A DNA stretch of 64,000 bases from Prochlorococcus sp. AG-402-K04 (GTDB lineage: Bacteria; Cyanobacteriota; Cyanobacteriia; PCC-6307; Cyanobiaceae), in assembly GCA_003216895.1 (NCBI GenBank), contig QCID01000007.1, positions 5,102-69,101 on the forward strand, in the 5' to 3' direction. The notes below the pieces were generated by a model that made no database searches, had not been told where the DNA came from, and worked only from the letters and a program-made list of their open reading frames with translations. This document shows, one piece after another, positions 1 through 12,350 of this stretch. Position numbers and translations under genes: made by a program. Within the stretch, counting starts at the first letter, position 1. Each line of letters opens with the position of its first letter.

Positions 1-2011
1 TTTCACCTGCTTTTCCTATTGAAGACAATCTAACTTTGTCCCCAATCTTGGGAACCCAGCCCGGTATATGAGGAATCCGCTTGTTGCTTCGATATCCCTT
101 CTCCATTTGCCGTAATCGTTTACCAGCAATTCTTGCCGTTTCACCGCTAGCATTTTGATCGCGCAAGCGTTTAATCAAATGTCTAACTTCTTTTTGACCT
201 TCTCGAATTGATGACTCCAGTTTGAACCTTCCTTGTTCATTAAACTTCTCCGTTTGTTGACGTTGTCTCTGCCAACTATCAAGTAATTCTTCATGTAATA
301 ATTCAGTCTTCGCCAATAAAGCCGCGGCATCTTCAGCTGCTGATTGCTGCCGCTCTCGTTGTTTTTCTAAGCCCTTAATCACTTGATTAACATTATCAAC
401 GTTTTTAGGATTGATAAAATCTTGAGCACGTTTTATTACTTCCGAATCAAGACCAAGTCTTTTTGAAATCTCAATTGCATTACTCCTACCAGGAATTCCC
501 CATTGCAAATGAAAGGTTGGTTTTATTGTTTCACTATCAAACGAAACTGAAGCATTTTCAAATCTTGAATCACTATATTTCAGTGCTTTTAATTCTCCAA
601 AATGAGTAGTAGCAATAGTTAATCGTGCTCTATCCGCCATTATCTTTAACAGAGCCATGGCTAAAGCTGTACCTTCAGAGGGGTCTGTTCCTGCCCCAAC
701 TTCATCTAAAAGAACGAGAGTAGTACCAGGGGAAAAAGATATGGCATCGAGTATTCGACTTATACGCAGAACATGCCCACTAAATGTAGATAAATTTTGC
801 TGTAATGACTGCTCATCACCAATATCAGCTAAAATATTTTTACACCAGGGTAATCTCGGAGAGCCAGTACATGGCAAAAGCAAACCTGCTTTTGCCATTA
901 AAACTGCTAGACCAATACTTTTCAACGCAACTGTTTTGCCTCCAGTATTAGGACCTGTAATTGCAACAACTTTTAAATCAGATGGAACATCAAAACTATT
1001 AGGAACTACTGTATTTTTATCCTCATGGAAATCATTCCATACTAATAAAGGATGACGAAAATCTTTAATATCAAATAATGTATTTTCTTGTTCATCAAGA
1101 ATTGCTGGTACCCCGTTCAGCCATTTAGAGTAACGTGCTCGAGACAATGCAAACTCAATCTGTAAAAGAATCTCTCCTAAATGAGCTATTACATCGGCAT
1201 TTAAACCAACCTCTTTACTCCAATTAGCCAGAAGCCTCCTCTCTTCATCTGAGATTTCAGATTCTATCTTCGCCAAACGATTTCCTATTGATATAACAAC
1301 TTGTGGCTCGATATAAATAGTGTTACCAGAAGCAGAACTATCATGAACCATTCCTTTAATCTGATCAGAAGTCCCGGCTTTAAATGCTAAAACAGGTCTT
1401 CCATACCTCTCTGAGATAATATTATCTTGAAGTAATCCACCATATTTCCGTATAATATCTTGAAGAATATCTTTTCTTTGAAGACGTAAAGAATTCCTAT
1501 GACGTCGTAATTCAGAAAGTTTTGAACTAGCACGATCTGCAATTCTCCCACCTTCATCCAGTCCAAATTCGAGTAATTTTTGCAACTCAGGCAAAGTTGC
1601 AATGTCTTTGAGTAATTCAGAAAGTCGTGGACGTATTAATTGCTCAAATATTAGTTTTCGTAATTTTCTAGCAGCTCTTAGAGTATCAGCTACTTTTAAT
1701 AAATCCTCACCTATGGCGACACCACCTTTGGAGCATACCAAAAGAATATTTGACAAATCATGAACACCTTCAAAAGATATTCCTCCATCAAGGGAAATGT
1801 CTAATGATCCAATTTCCAATGTTTGGCATAATAGCTCCTGGCTAAGAGATATATCTAATGGCAAATCAAAGCTTTTACATTTATTACGACCTTGTTTGGT
1901 AACAGCAAATGTAGACAAATGGCTACAAACAGTTGGCCATTCAAGTAACTCCAAAGACTCTAAAATTATTTGTGCTTTTTCGGAGTCATCATGAGTGATT
2001 GTGAATCCCAT
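1..2011 (-). CDS. mutS2: Endonuclease/ATPase MutS2 (3' end runs off the window)
   Basis: Not in ORF track (no stop in window). Manual translation from ATG at 2011: MGFTITHDDSEKAQIILESLELLEWPTVCSHL; Walker A ITGPNTGGKT near 950; the same frame reads WVPKIGDKVRLSSIGKAGE at the window edge. Confidence 0.93.
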   Translation of the reverse strand, partial: MGFTITHDDSEKAQIILESLELLEWPTVCSHLSTFAVTKQGRNKCKSFDLPLDISLSQELLCQTLEIGSLDISLDGGISFEGVHDLSNILLVCSKGGVAIGEDLLKVADTLRAARKLRKLIFEQLIRPRLSELLKDIATLPELQKLLEFGLDEGGRIADRASSKLSELRRHRNSLRLQRKDILQDIIRKYGGLLQDNIISERYGRPVLAFKAGTSDQIKGMVHDSSASGNTIYIEPQVVISIGNRLAKIESEISDEERRLLANWSKEVGLNADVIAHLGEILLQIEFALSRARYSKWLNGVPAILDEQENTLFDIKDFRHPLLVWNDFHEDKNTVVPNSFDVPSDLKVVAITGPNTGGKTVALKSIGLAVLMAKAGLLLPCTGSPRLPWCKNILADIGDEQSLQQNLSTFSGHVLRISRILDAISFSPGTTLVLLDEVGAGTDPSEGTALAMALLKIMADRARLTIATTHFGELKALKYSDSRFENASVSFDSETIKPTFHLQWGIPGRSNAIEISKRLGLDSEVIKRAQDFINPKNVDNVNQVIKGLEKQRERQQSAAEDAAALLAKTELLHEELLDSWQRQRQQTEKFNEQGRFKLESSIREGQKEVRHLIKRLRDQNASGETARIAGKRLRQMEKGYRSNKRIPHIPGWVPKIGDKVRLSSIGKAGE

Positions 2012-2026
2012 TCGTCTACCTAAAGT

Positions 2027-2431
2027 CTATTGATTTGTTGGAATTCCTGTTGATGGGTGATAAAGCATTTCCAACCAATTACCTTCTGTATCTTTCAAGT
2101 AAAATGAAGAAGTTCCATCTCGATGATCATGCAAAGCGCCAACCTTAACACCTTGATTTTTTAGAGAATAATGAATTCTCTCTATTTCATCCTTATTTGT
2201 GAAATGAAATGCAAAATGTGGACCAGCAGCTTTATAGCTCGGACCAAGCAAAGCAAGGCCATCTTTATTCTCTCCTGTCTCTAAGTAACACCAATCAGGA
2301 TCATCCCAAACAAGCTTCATTCCCAAGCTCAAGTAAAAACTTTTAGCCCTATCAACATCATCCACTCTTATAGCTATATGTCCGAGGCGATGAACACTTT
2401 CAATATTTAATTCAGACTGTTTTTCTATCAT
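2027..2431 (-). CDS. VOC/glyoxalase-bleomycin resistance family protein
   Basis: LGHIAIRV, HFAF and FYLKDTEGNWLE motifs of the VOC fold. Confidence 0.85.
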   Translation of the reverse strand: MIEKQSELNIESVHRLGHIAIRVDDVDRAKSFYLSLGMKLVWDDPDWCYLETGENKDGLALLGPSYKAAGPHFAFHFTNKDEIERIHYSLKNQGVKVGALHDHRDGTSSFYLKDTEGNWLEMLYHPSTGIPTNQ

Positions 2432-2477
2432 TACTTTTGATTAAAAATTGAAGTTTTAATAATTTTCTCAACTAACT

Positions 2478-3479
2478 CTATTGTTCTTTTAACCATCCTG
2501 CGGCATCACAAGCATGATATGTAAGAATCAGATTTGCTCCAGCTCTTTTAAAACTCAATAAAGTTTCCAAAACGATCGCCTTTTCATCTATCCAACCTCT
2601 TTGAGCAGCGGCTTTGACCATTGAATACTCTCCACTAACGTTATACGCAGCGATTGGTAATTCTGATTCTTCCCTTAAACGATAAATAATATCTAAGTAA
2701 GCCAAACCAGGTTTCACCATTAGAATGTCCGATCCCTCTTGTTCGTCAAGTTGAGCTTCTGTTATAGCTTCTCTAGCATTAGCTGGATCCATCTGATAGG
2801 TGTTTTTATTTTTCGGGATAGGCTTATTTGATAATGATCTTGGAGCAGAATCTAAAGCTTCTCTAAAAGGCCCATAATAAGCAGATGAATATTTTGCGGT
2901 ATAACTAATTATTCCTACATGTTCAAAGCCTTCATCATCTAATGCTTCTCTTATGGCTCCTACTCTTCCATCCATCATGTCACTAGGGCCAATTAAATCT
3001 GCTCCAGATTGTGCTTGAACTACTGCTTGTTTACATAAATAATCAACGGTTTCATCATTCAAAATTATTCCTTGATTACTAACTATTCCATCATGACCAT
3101 CACAAGAGTAAGGATCTAAAGCTACATCAGTCATAACACACATTTCAGGTATCTCTATTTTCAATCTTTCAATAACCCTTGGTATTAAACCTTTTTCATT
3201 AAAACATTCAGCTCCATCTTCTGTTTTTAACTCGTCTGGAACTTTTGGAAATAGAACGACACATCTAATACCTAGATTCCAAGCACGTTTAACTTCATCG
3301 ACCAATCCATCCATTGACCAGCGAAATGCACCTGGCATCGCTGGTATTTCTTGAATATCTGAACCTTCATGAACAAAAAGAGGATAAATAAAGTCAGATG
3401 CAGAGACACTATTCTCTCTAACCATATCTCTTAAAGAGTTTGTTCTACGAAGACGACGGGGCCGATAAGTAAGATCCAT
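2478..3479 (-). CDS. hemB: Porphobilinogen synthase (ALA dehydratase)
   Basis: RPRRLR, DVALDPYSCDGHDG, YGPFREA, MVKPG, YNVSGEY; likely ATG at 3479 (ORF track extends to TTG 3488). Confidence 0.97.
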   Translation of the reverse strand: MDLTYRPRRLRRTNSLRDMVRENSVSASDFIYPLFVHEGSDIQEIPAMPGAFRWSMDGLVDEVKRAWNLGIRCVVLFPKVPDELKTEDGAECFNEKGLIPRVIERLKIEIPEMCVMTDVALDPYSCDGHDGIVSNQGIILNDETVDYLCKQAVVQAQSGADLIGPSDMMDGRVGAIREALDDEGFEHVGIISYTAKYSSAYYGPFREALDSAPRSLSNKPIPKNKNTYQMDPANAREAITEAQLDEQEGSDILMVKPGLAYLDIIYRLREESELPIAAYNVSGEYSMVKAAAQRGWIDEKAIVLETLLSFKRAGANLILTYHACDAAGWLKEQ

Positions 3480-3485
3480 ATTGAC

Positions 3486-3517
3486 CAATAGAGATAACTA
3501 CAATAGAGATAACTACA
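3486..3517. repeat. Perfect 15-bp tandem duplication CAATAGAGATAACTA x2
   Basis: Read directly at 3486-3500 and 3501-3515, just upstream of hemB. Confidence 0.9.
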
Positions 3518-3528
3518 TTTTACTTCCT

Positions 3529-4473
3529 TTAAGACCTAGCCTGTTCTAACCAACTTGATCGAGGTTCATCTATTCGAACAGATCTAAGCTTTTCAAGAAG
3601 TCGTAACTCATCATCTGACCAGCTTTCAGGTAATTTTAATTTTAGATTAAAAAACAAATCTCCTTGGGTATCTAAGTTATGTAATCCTTGGCCTTCTAAT
3701 CTGATTGTTTGCTCAGATAAACTTCCAGAAGGTATTGATATAAATGTATCTCCTCGAGGAGAGGCAACAGAAATATTTGATCCTAAAGCTAATTCATCTA
3801 AAGAGATAGGTAAATCTGCATAAACATCTAAACCTTTCACTTTCCAAATCGGATGAGATTTAATACTTATTTCAATCAATAAATCTCCTCTTTTACCTTT
3901 TCCAGACTGTATATTACCCATATTTTTAATACGTATTATTGATCCTGTTGCAATTCCTTTTGGTATTTTCACTTCGATACGTTCATTATTTACTAAAAGA
4001 TTCTTTTTGGCTCCATTCAAAGCTTCAAAAAAACTAATCTGCAAATTAAATTCAGCATCAAGATTTAATGATTTAGCGTTCTTATCTGAAGATATATTTG
4101 AGTAAATTTCTTGCCCAACCTCACTAAACCTCCCAATTAAATCACTCAAAAAATCATCAAAATTTAGATATTGATCAAAGTGCTCATCATTATTTACTCT
4201 ATCATAATCTTTAAACTTTCCATCTCTATTTTTGAACCAATAATTTAGAAATTGATCATAAGACTTTTTTTTATTCTCATCTGAAAGAATCTCATAAGCT
4301 TCATTTATTTCTTTGAACTCCGACTCGGCAGTCTCATCATTTGGATGCAAATCAGGATGAGATTTTTTAGCAAGTTTCCTGAAGGCACTTTTGATTTCTT
4401 CATCGGTAGCATTTCTACTAACGCCAAGGACTTTGAAATAATCCTTAAAACCATCTAATGCCATAGAAATCAA
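3529..4473 (-). CDS. DnaJ class B / CbpA-like co-chaperone (J domain + C-terminal domain, no Zn finger)
   Basis: DYFKVLGV...HPD...[13 protein letters not shown]; C-terminal GKRGDLL; no CxxCxGxG repeats. Confidence 0.9.
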   Translation of the reverse strand: MISMALDGFKDYFKVLGVSRNATDEEIKSAFRKLAKKSHPDLHPNDETAESEFKEINEAYEILSDENKKKSYDQFLNYWFKNRDGKFKDYDRVNNDEHFDQYLNFDDFLSDLIGRFSEVGQEIYSNISSDKNAKSLNLDAEFNLQISFFEALNGAKKNLLVNNERIEVKIPKGIATGSIIRIKNMGNIQSGKGKRGDLLIEISIKSHPIWKVKGLDVYADLPISLDELALGSNISVASPRGDTFISIPSGSLSEQTIRLEGQGLHNLDTQGDLFFNLKLKLPESWSDDELRLLEKLRSVRIDEPRSSWLEQARS

Positions 4474-4608
4474 GCTTGTTTCATAGTGAAAATCAATCTT
4501 TTCAATGATTTTTATTCAATATAAGTATCTAAAAGTAGAAATTGCAGAACTTAATGGAACCTTGAAGATATAGGCTTAGTTAAAGCAAAATTAAGTAAGG
4601 AGAATCGA

Positions 4609-6288
4609 TTGGAGTTAATTAACGGTTTTCACCTGAAAAATATCAGAGGTGATGTATTAGGCGGATTGACCGCAGCAGTGGTAGCACTACCTCTTGCTCT
4701 GGCTTTTGGAGAGACTGCTTTAGGCGCAGGAGGAGCAATCTATGGCTTATATGGAGCTGTAGTTGTTGGTTTTTTAGCTGCACTATTCGGAGGGACCCCA
4801 GCCCAAGTAAGCGGTCCAACTGGACCAATGAGTGTGACTGTTGCTGCAGTTGTTGCCACTCTTGTTTCAGCAGATGTTCCAAAAGATCTCTCAGCAGGAG
4901 AAATTCTGCCACTAGTTATGGCAGCGGTAGTTGTTGGAGGTCTTTTTCAAATCCTCTTTGGAATACTCCGTTTAGGTAAATACATAACCCTTGTTCCATA
5001 CTCAGTTGTATCTGGATTCATGTCAGGTATTGGAGTAATAATTATTTGCGTAGAACTCGGAAATTTGCTTGGCATTTCAACTGATGGAAAAGTAATTGAA
5101 AGACTTACAACAGTTTTCTCAAATTTCCAACCATATGGGCCTGCAATTTCAGTTTCAATTATGACCCTTGGCATAGTTTTCTTAACTCCCAGACGAATTA
5201 GCCAATGGGTCCCATCGCCTCTTCTCGCTTTATTAATAGTCACTCCATTATCTTTGATATTTTTTGGTAATACAGAATTAGCTCGAATAGGAGATGTCCC
5301 TACTGATGGTTTAAATCCTAGTTTACCTAACTTTCAAAGAGTCCTTAGCGATCAAAAATTCTTACAAATAATCCTCAAAGCTGGACTAACTTTGGCAGTT
5401 CTAGGTGCAATTGATTCTTTATTAACATCTTTGGTTGCAGACAACATATCTGAAACTAGGCACAAGTCAGATCGTGAATTAATTGGACAAGGAATAGGTA
5501 ATGCAGTTGCAGGCTTTTTCACTGGTCTTCCTGGAGCTGGAGCAACAATGCGAACCGTCATAAATGTCAAATCAGGAGGATCAACGCCACTATCTGGAGT
5601 TGTTCATTCAGTAGTACTTTTAATAGTTCTAGTAGGCGCTGGTCCATTTGCAGCAGTTATTCCAAAAGCACTGCTAGCAGGTATTTTGATAAAGGTTGGC
5701 TTGGACATAATCGACTGGGGATTCATATTTAGAGCCCAGAGGCTTTCGTTGAAAACTGCCTCTGTAATGTATGGGGTCCTTTTAATGACAGTTTTCTGGA
5801 ACTTAATTTGGGCTGTACTAGTTGGAGTATTCATAGCAAATATGCTTACAATCGATTCCATTACTGAAACTCAATTGGAGGGAATGGAAGCAGACAACCC
5901 AATAGATTCAGAAGCAAATAACAATGCAGCAAATGCTCAACTTCCCTCAGATGAAAAAGCACTTTTAGATCGCTGTGCAGGCGAAGTGATGCTATTCCGA
6001 TTAAAAGGACCACTTAGTTTTGGAGCGGCAAAAGGAATAACCGAAAGAATGATGCTAGTAAGAAACTATAAAGTTTTAATCCTTGATATTACTGATGTTC
6101 CTAGACTTGGTGTTACCGCAACTCTTGCCATAGAAGATATGGTGCAAGAAGCACTAAATAACTCAAGGACAGCATATGTTGCTGGTGCAACTGGAAGAGT
6201 AAAAGAAAGACTTGCTAAATTTGGAGTTGATGTGATTGGTACAAGAAAAGAAGCGCTCACTGCTGCAATTGACAGCCTAAGTGTTTGA
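4609..6288 (+). CDS. bicA: SulP-family anion transporter with STAS domain (BicA-like bicarbonate transporter)
   Basis: GDVLGGLTAAVVALPLALAFG, QVSGPTGPM, RELIGQG, GAGATMRT; STAS GPLSFGAA. Confidence 0.88.
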   Translation: MELINGFHLKNIRGDVLGGLTAAVVALPLALAFGETALGAGGAIYGLYGAVVVGFLAALFGGTPAQVSGPTGPMSVTVAAVVATLVSADVPKDLSAGEILPLVMAAVVVGGLFQILFGILRLGKYITLVPYSVVSGFMSGIGVIIICVELGNLLGISTDGKVIERLTTVFSNFQPYGPAISVSIMTLGIVFLTPRRISQWVPSPLLALLIVTPLSLIFFGNTELARIGDVPTDGLNPSLPNFQRVLSDQKFLQIILKAGLTLAVLGAIDSLLTSLVADNISETRHKSDRELIGQGIGNAVAGFFTGLPGAGATMRTVINVKSGGSTPLSGVVHSVVLLIVLVGAGPFAAVIPKALLAGILIKVGLDIIDWGFIFRAQRLSLKTASVMYGVLLMTVFWNLIWAVLVGVFIANMLTIDSITETQLEGMEADNPIDSEANNNAANAQLPSDEKALLDRCAGEVMLFRLKGPLSFGAAKGITERMMLVRNYKVLILDITDVPRLGVTATLAIEDMVQEALNNSRTAYVAGATGRVKERLAKFGVDVIGTRKEALTAAIDSLSV

Positions 6289-6334
6289 TAATCAATATTT
6301 TTATTTGATTTCTTGCTTTAAGAACTAATAAGAA

Positions 6335-7330
6335 ATGGGCCAAAACCTTTTCATCCAAAATGCTTTAAGTCCTCCAATACTTTTTTTCTTTTTGGGTGCG
6401 ATTGCATACGCATTAAAATCTGATTTTGAGATACCAGCTCCATTACCAAAATTATTTTCTTTATATCTTTTACTTGCAATAGGCTTCAGAGGAGGTATCG
6501 AGCTTCAAAAAAGTGGTTTGGGTTATCCAGTTCTTCCAACTGTGATAGCAGCAATATTAATGTCACTATTAATCCCACTTATTTGTTTTTTAGTACTGAG
6601 ATTTAAATTCGATGTTTTTAATGCAGCGGCTATATCAGCAGCATATGGCTCAATCAGTGCAGTGACATTTATAACTGCTGAAAGCTTTCTTGAAAGTCAA
6701 AATATACCTTTTGATGGCTTTATGGTTGCAGCTTTAGCACTAATGGAGTCTCCAGCAATAATAATTGGACTTCTCTTAGTCAAATTTGGAGCGCCCAAAA
6801 ATAGACCCATCAAAAGAAAAATGAAATGGGGATCAATTCTTCATGAGTCGATGTTAAATGGTTCCGTCTATTTATTACTCGGAAGCCTTCTAATAGGTTT
6901 TTTAACATCCGCAATTGATCCATCTGACATAAAAAAAATGGAACCATTTACAGCTGAATTGTTCTATGGCGCAGAATGTTTTTTCCTTCTTGACATGGGA
7001 ATTGTGGCAGCTCAACGCCTCGCTCGTTTAAATAAGACTGGTACCTTTCTCATTTTATTTTCAATATTTATGCCAATAGTTAATGCTGTACTGGGATCAG
7101 TAGTAGCTAGATTTTTGAACTTAGATCCAGGTAATGCCCTTTTATTTGTAGTTCTATGTGCTAGTGCTTCATACTTAGCTGTACCAACAGCAATGAGAAT
7201 GACTGTTCCTGAAGCACGACCAAGTTATTACATTTCGACCACTCTTGGATTAACATTTCCTTTTAACATAATCATAGGAATACCAGTTTATATGGGCTTA
7301 GTAAACACAATGATTCCATCAATTGGTTAG
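6335..7330 (+). CDS. sbtA: Sodium-dependent bicarbonate transporter SbtA family
   Basis: YGSISAVTF, MESPA, ASASYLAVP, TFPFNI; many TM segments; followed by a PII-like gene. Confidence 0.9.
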   Translation: MGQNLFIQNALSPPILFFFLGAIAYALKSDFEIPAPLPKLFSLYLLLAIGFRGGIELQKSGLGYPVLPTVIAAILMSLLIPLICFLVLRFKFDVFNAAAISAAYGSISAVTFITAESFLESQNIPFDGFMVAALALMESPAIIIGLLLVKFGAPKNRPIKRKMKWGSILHESMLNGSVYLLLGSLLIGFLTSAIDPSDIKKMEPFTAELFYGAECFFLLDMGIVAAQRLARLNKTGTFLILFSIFMPIVNAVLGSVVARFLNLDPGNALLFVVLCASASYLAVPTAMRMTVPEARPSYYISTTLGLTFPFNIIIGIPVYMGLVNTMIPSIG

Positions 7331-7339
7331 TTCTATTTC

Positions 7340-7621
7340 ATGAAAAGACTTGACTTAATTTTTAGTGAAAGAGAACTAAATGATGTTCTATCAGCATTAG
7401 AAAAAGCTGAAGTTCCAGGCTATACGGTTATGAAACATGCCACAGGAAGAGGTCCAGAAAGAATTGTTACAGAAGACATGGAATTCACTGGATTTGGATC
7501 AAACGCGCACGTAATTATTTTTTGTGAGCAAGATACAATAGACAAAATACGTGACAATATCAAAACTGTTCTTAGTTACTACGGTGGTGTGGCATATGTT
7601 TCTGAAGCAATTCCGCTTTAA
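7340..7621 (+). CDS. sbtB: PII-like regulator SbtB
   Basis: PII fold: GYTV...ATGRG; 93 aa, directly after sbtA. Confidence 0.85.
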   Translation: MKRLDLIFSERELNDVLSALEKAEVPGYTVMKHATGRGPERIVTEDMEFTGFGSNAHVIIFCEQDTIDKIRDNIKTVLSYYGGVAYVSEAIPL

Positions 7622-7643
7622 AAATACTTATCAACTGCACGAA

Positions 7644-8600
7644 TTAAGCATGAACCCAATCGACACGAATTGATTTCCGACTATTTAAATATCTATCTAT
7701 TGCCATAGCTGCTATACATCCATCCGATGCTGCCACAACAGCTTGCTTAAATGGTGTATTTCTAATGTCACCAATCGCCCAAACACCTTCTACTGTTGTC
7801 GACATAAAGTCATCCACCAAAACACCACCATCTTCCTTAAAAGCAACCTGCTCTCCCAGAAAATCGGTAATAGGCTTAGAACCGCTCATATAAACAAACA
7901 CACCTTCAAGAGCTATATCTTGATGTGTATCAACTGAACGGTTCTTAACCTTAATTCCTGTTACCCCTGAATCATTACCTTCAATCAGCATTAACCTAGT
8001 CTTACTCCAATGGTTCACATTTGGTTTTGATAAAAGATCTTGCGCATGATGATCATCTGATTTTGGATCATTGGATGTTATCCAATGCACTTTGGAAGCA
8101 AATTTTGTAAGAACATTTGCTTCTTCAATTGCCTCTTTATTAATACCAACAACGGCAACTTCTCGATCTCTATAAAAAGCTCCATCACAAGTCGCGCAAT
8201 AACTGACTCCTCTACCCAGGAATTCCGCCTCACCTTTAAATGATGCTGGTCTTCCCATTGCGCCACTTGCAACGACAAGAGCCTTTGCTTTAAAAGTCCC
8301 CTCTGGGGTGTAAATAGTTTTCCAATCACCACTAGCATCAATCCCAAAGACTTGAGCTCTGCGATAATCAGCCCCATACTGAGTAGCTTGATCTCTCATC
8401 AGTTTCAACAACGCCTCTCCACTCATTTCGCTAGAAACACCAGGATAATTGGCAATTTGATGTGTTATTGCTAGCGCACCTACATCAGGATTCTTATCGA
8501 GAATTACCGTTTTCAAGTCTGCTCTGGAAGTGTAAAGCGCACAACTGCAACCAGCAGGCCCACCACCAACTATGACAACATCAGTTTCAATGGTTTCCAA
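7644..8600 (-). CDS. trxB: Flavin thioredoxin reductase (TrxB fold, DTR/FFTR-like)
   Basis: GGGPAG FAD motif, CATCDG redox motif, WAIGD; NADPH motifs degenerate; C-terminal DWVHA tail. Confidence 0.88.
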   Translation of the reverse strand: METIETDVVIVGGGPAGCSCALYTSRADLKTVILDKNPDVGALAITHQIANYPGVSSEMSGEALLKLMRDQATQYGADYRRAQVFGIDASGDWKTIYTPEGTFKAKALVVASGAMGRPASFKGEAEFLGRGVSYCATCDGAFYRDREVAVVGINKEAIEEANVLTKFASKVHWITSNDPKSDDHHAQDLLSKPNVNHWSKTRLMLIEGNDSGVTGIKVKNRSVDTHQDIALEGVFVYMSGSKPITDFLGEQVAFKEDGGVLVDDFMSTTVEGVWAIGDIRNTPFKQAVVAASDGCIAAMAIDRYLNSRKSIRVDWVHA

Positions 8601-8868
8601 TGGAAATTCTCTTAGTTAGGTTTTGTTCTCTTTTAAGAAGAGAAAAGGATGTTTTGAGATCACTTAGGTTAATAGATTAAACTTTTACCCCAAATCAAAT
8701 CAAATGTTTGTATTCCTCAACTCTAATGAAAATATTCTAAGTTGAGTGATAACAAACAATCATCTAAATAGATTTAATTGATTAAGGGCATTCTGCATAT
8801 ATGCAGTTTCAGTCTAAAGACACAAAAAACCCTGAATCTTCTAGAGTGAAAGCTGATTAATTAGATCA

Positions 8869-9176
8869 TTGAGCGACTCAGAAATACTGCTTAAAGCAGT
8901 TATGAACCGAATAGCAGCTCGAATAACTGAAAAAGTGATCAATTCTGCCCAAGAATTCACTGAAATTGCCGAAGAATTACCTCAAAAGCTCCAAAATGAA
9001 TGGTCTAGCTTCAAAGACGAGGTTATTGAAGAATCTGAACGTCTAGAAAAAAAGACTAATGAATCGAAAGAGAAAAATTCTAAGGAAAAATTAAGTAAAG
9101 ACGATTTAATTCAAGTTCAAATAGATAATCTCAGATCAAAGGTTATTGATATTAATAAAGATATTGAGAGGATAAA

Positions 9177-9180
<4 letters not shown>
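8869..9180 (+). CDS. Hypothetical helical/coiled-coil protein coupled to ABC1 kinase
   Basis: 103-aa ORF, E/K-rich, 4-bp overlap with the downstream ABC1 kinase. Confidence 0.75.
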
Positions 9181-12194
<3,014 letters not shown>

Positions 12195-12350
12195 CTACAT
12201 TATTCCTATATGTTCCTGAATTGCTAATCTAGCTTGCTTTCCAAGACCTAATCAATCAAATTTGTCTTAACAAAAAATAAACGTATAGATAAAAGGTCTT
12301 ATTCAAAATTCAGAAGGCAAATGACCACTTTGAATCAAAATTGATCGAAA

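Noticed and set aside
657-1994. ORFs 657-1055, 1387-1602 and 1797-1994
   Set aside because: Antisense or alternate-frame shadows of mutS2.
4643-6260. Series of minus-strand ORFs opposite bicA
   Set aside because: Antisense shadows caused by codon bias; no motifs or RBS.
8801-8860. 19-codon ORF MQFQSKDTKNPESSRVKAD
   Set aside because: Too short, no SD, expected by chance.
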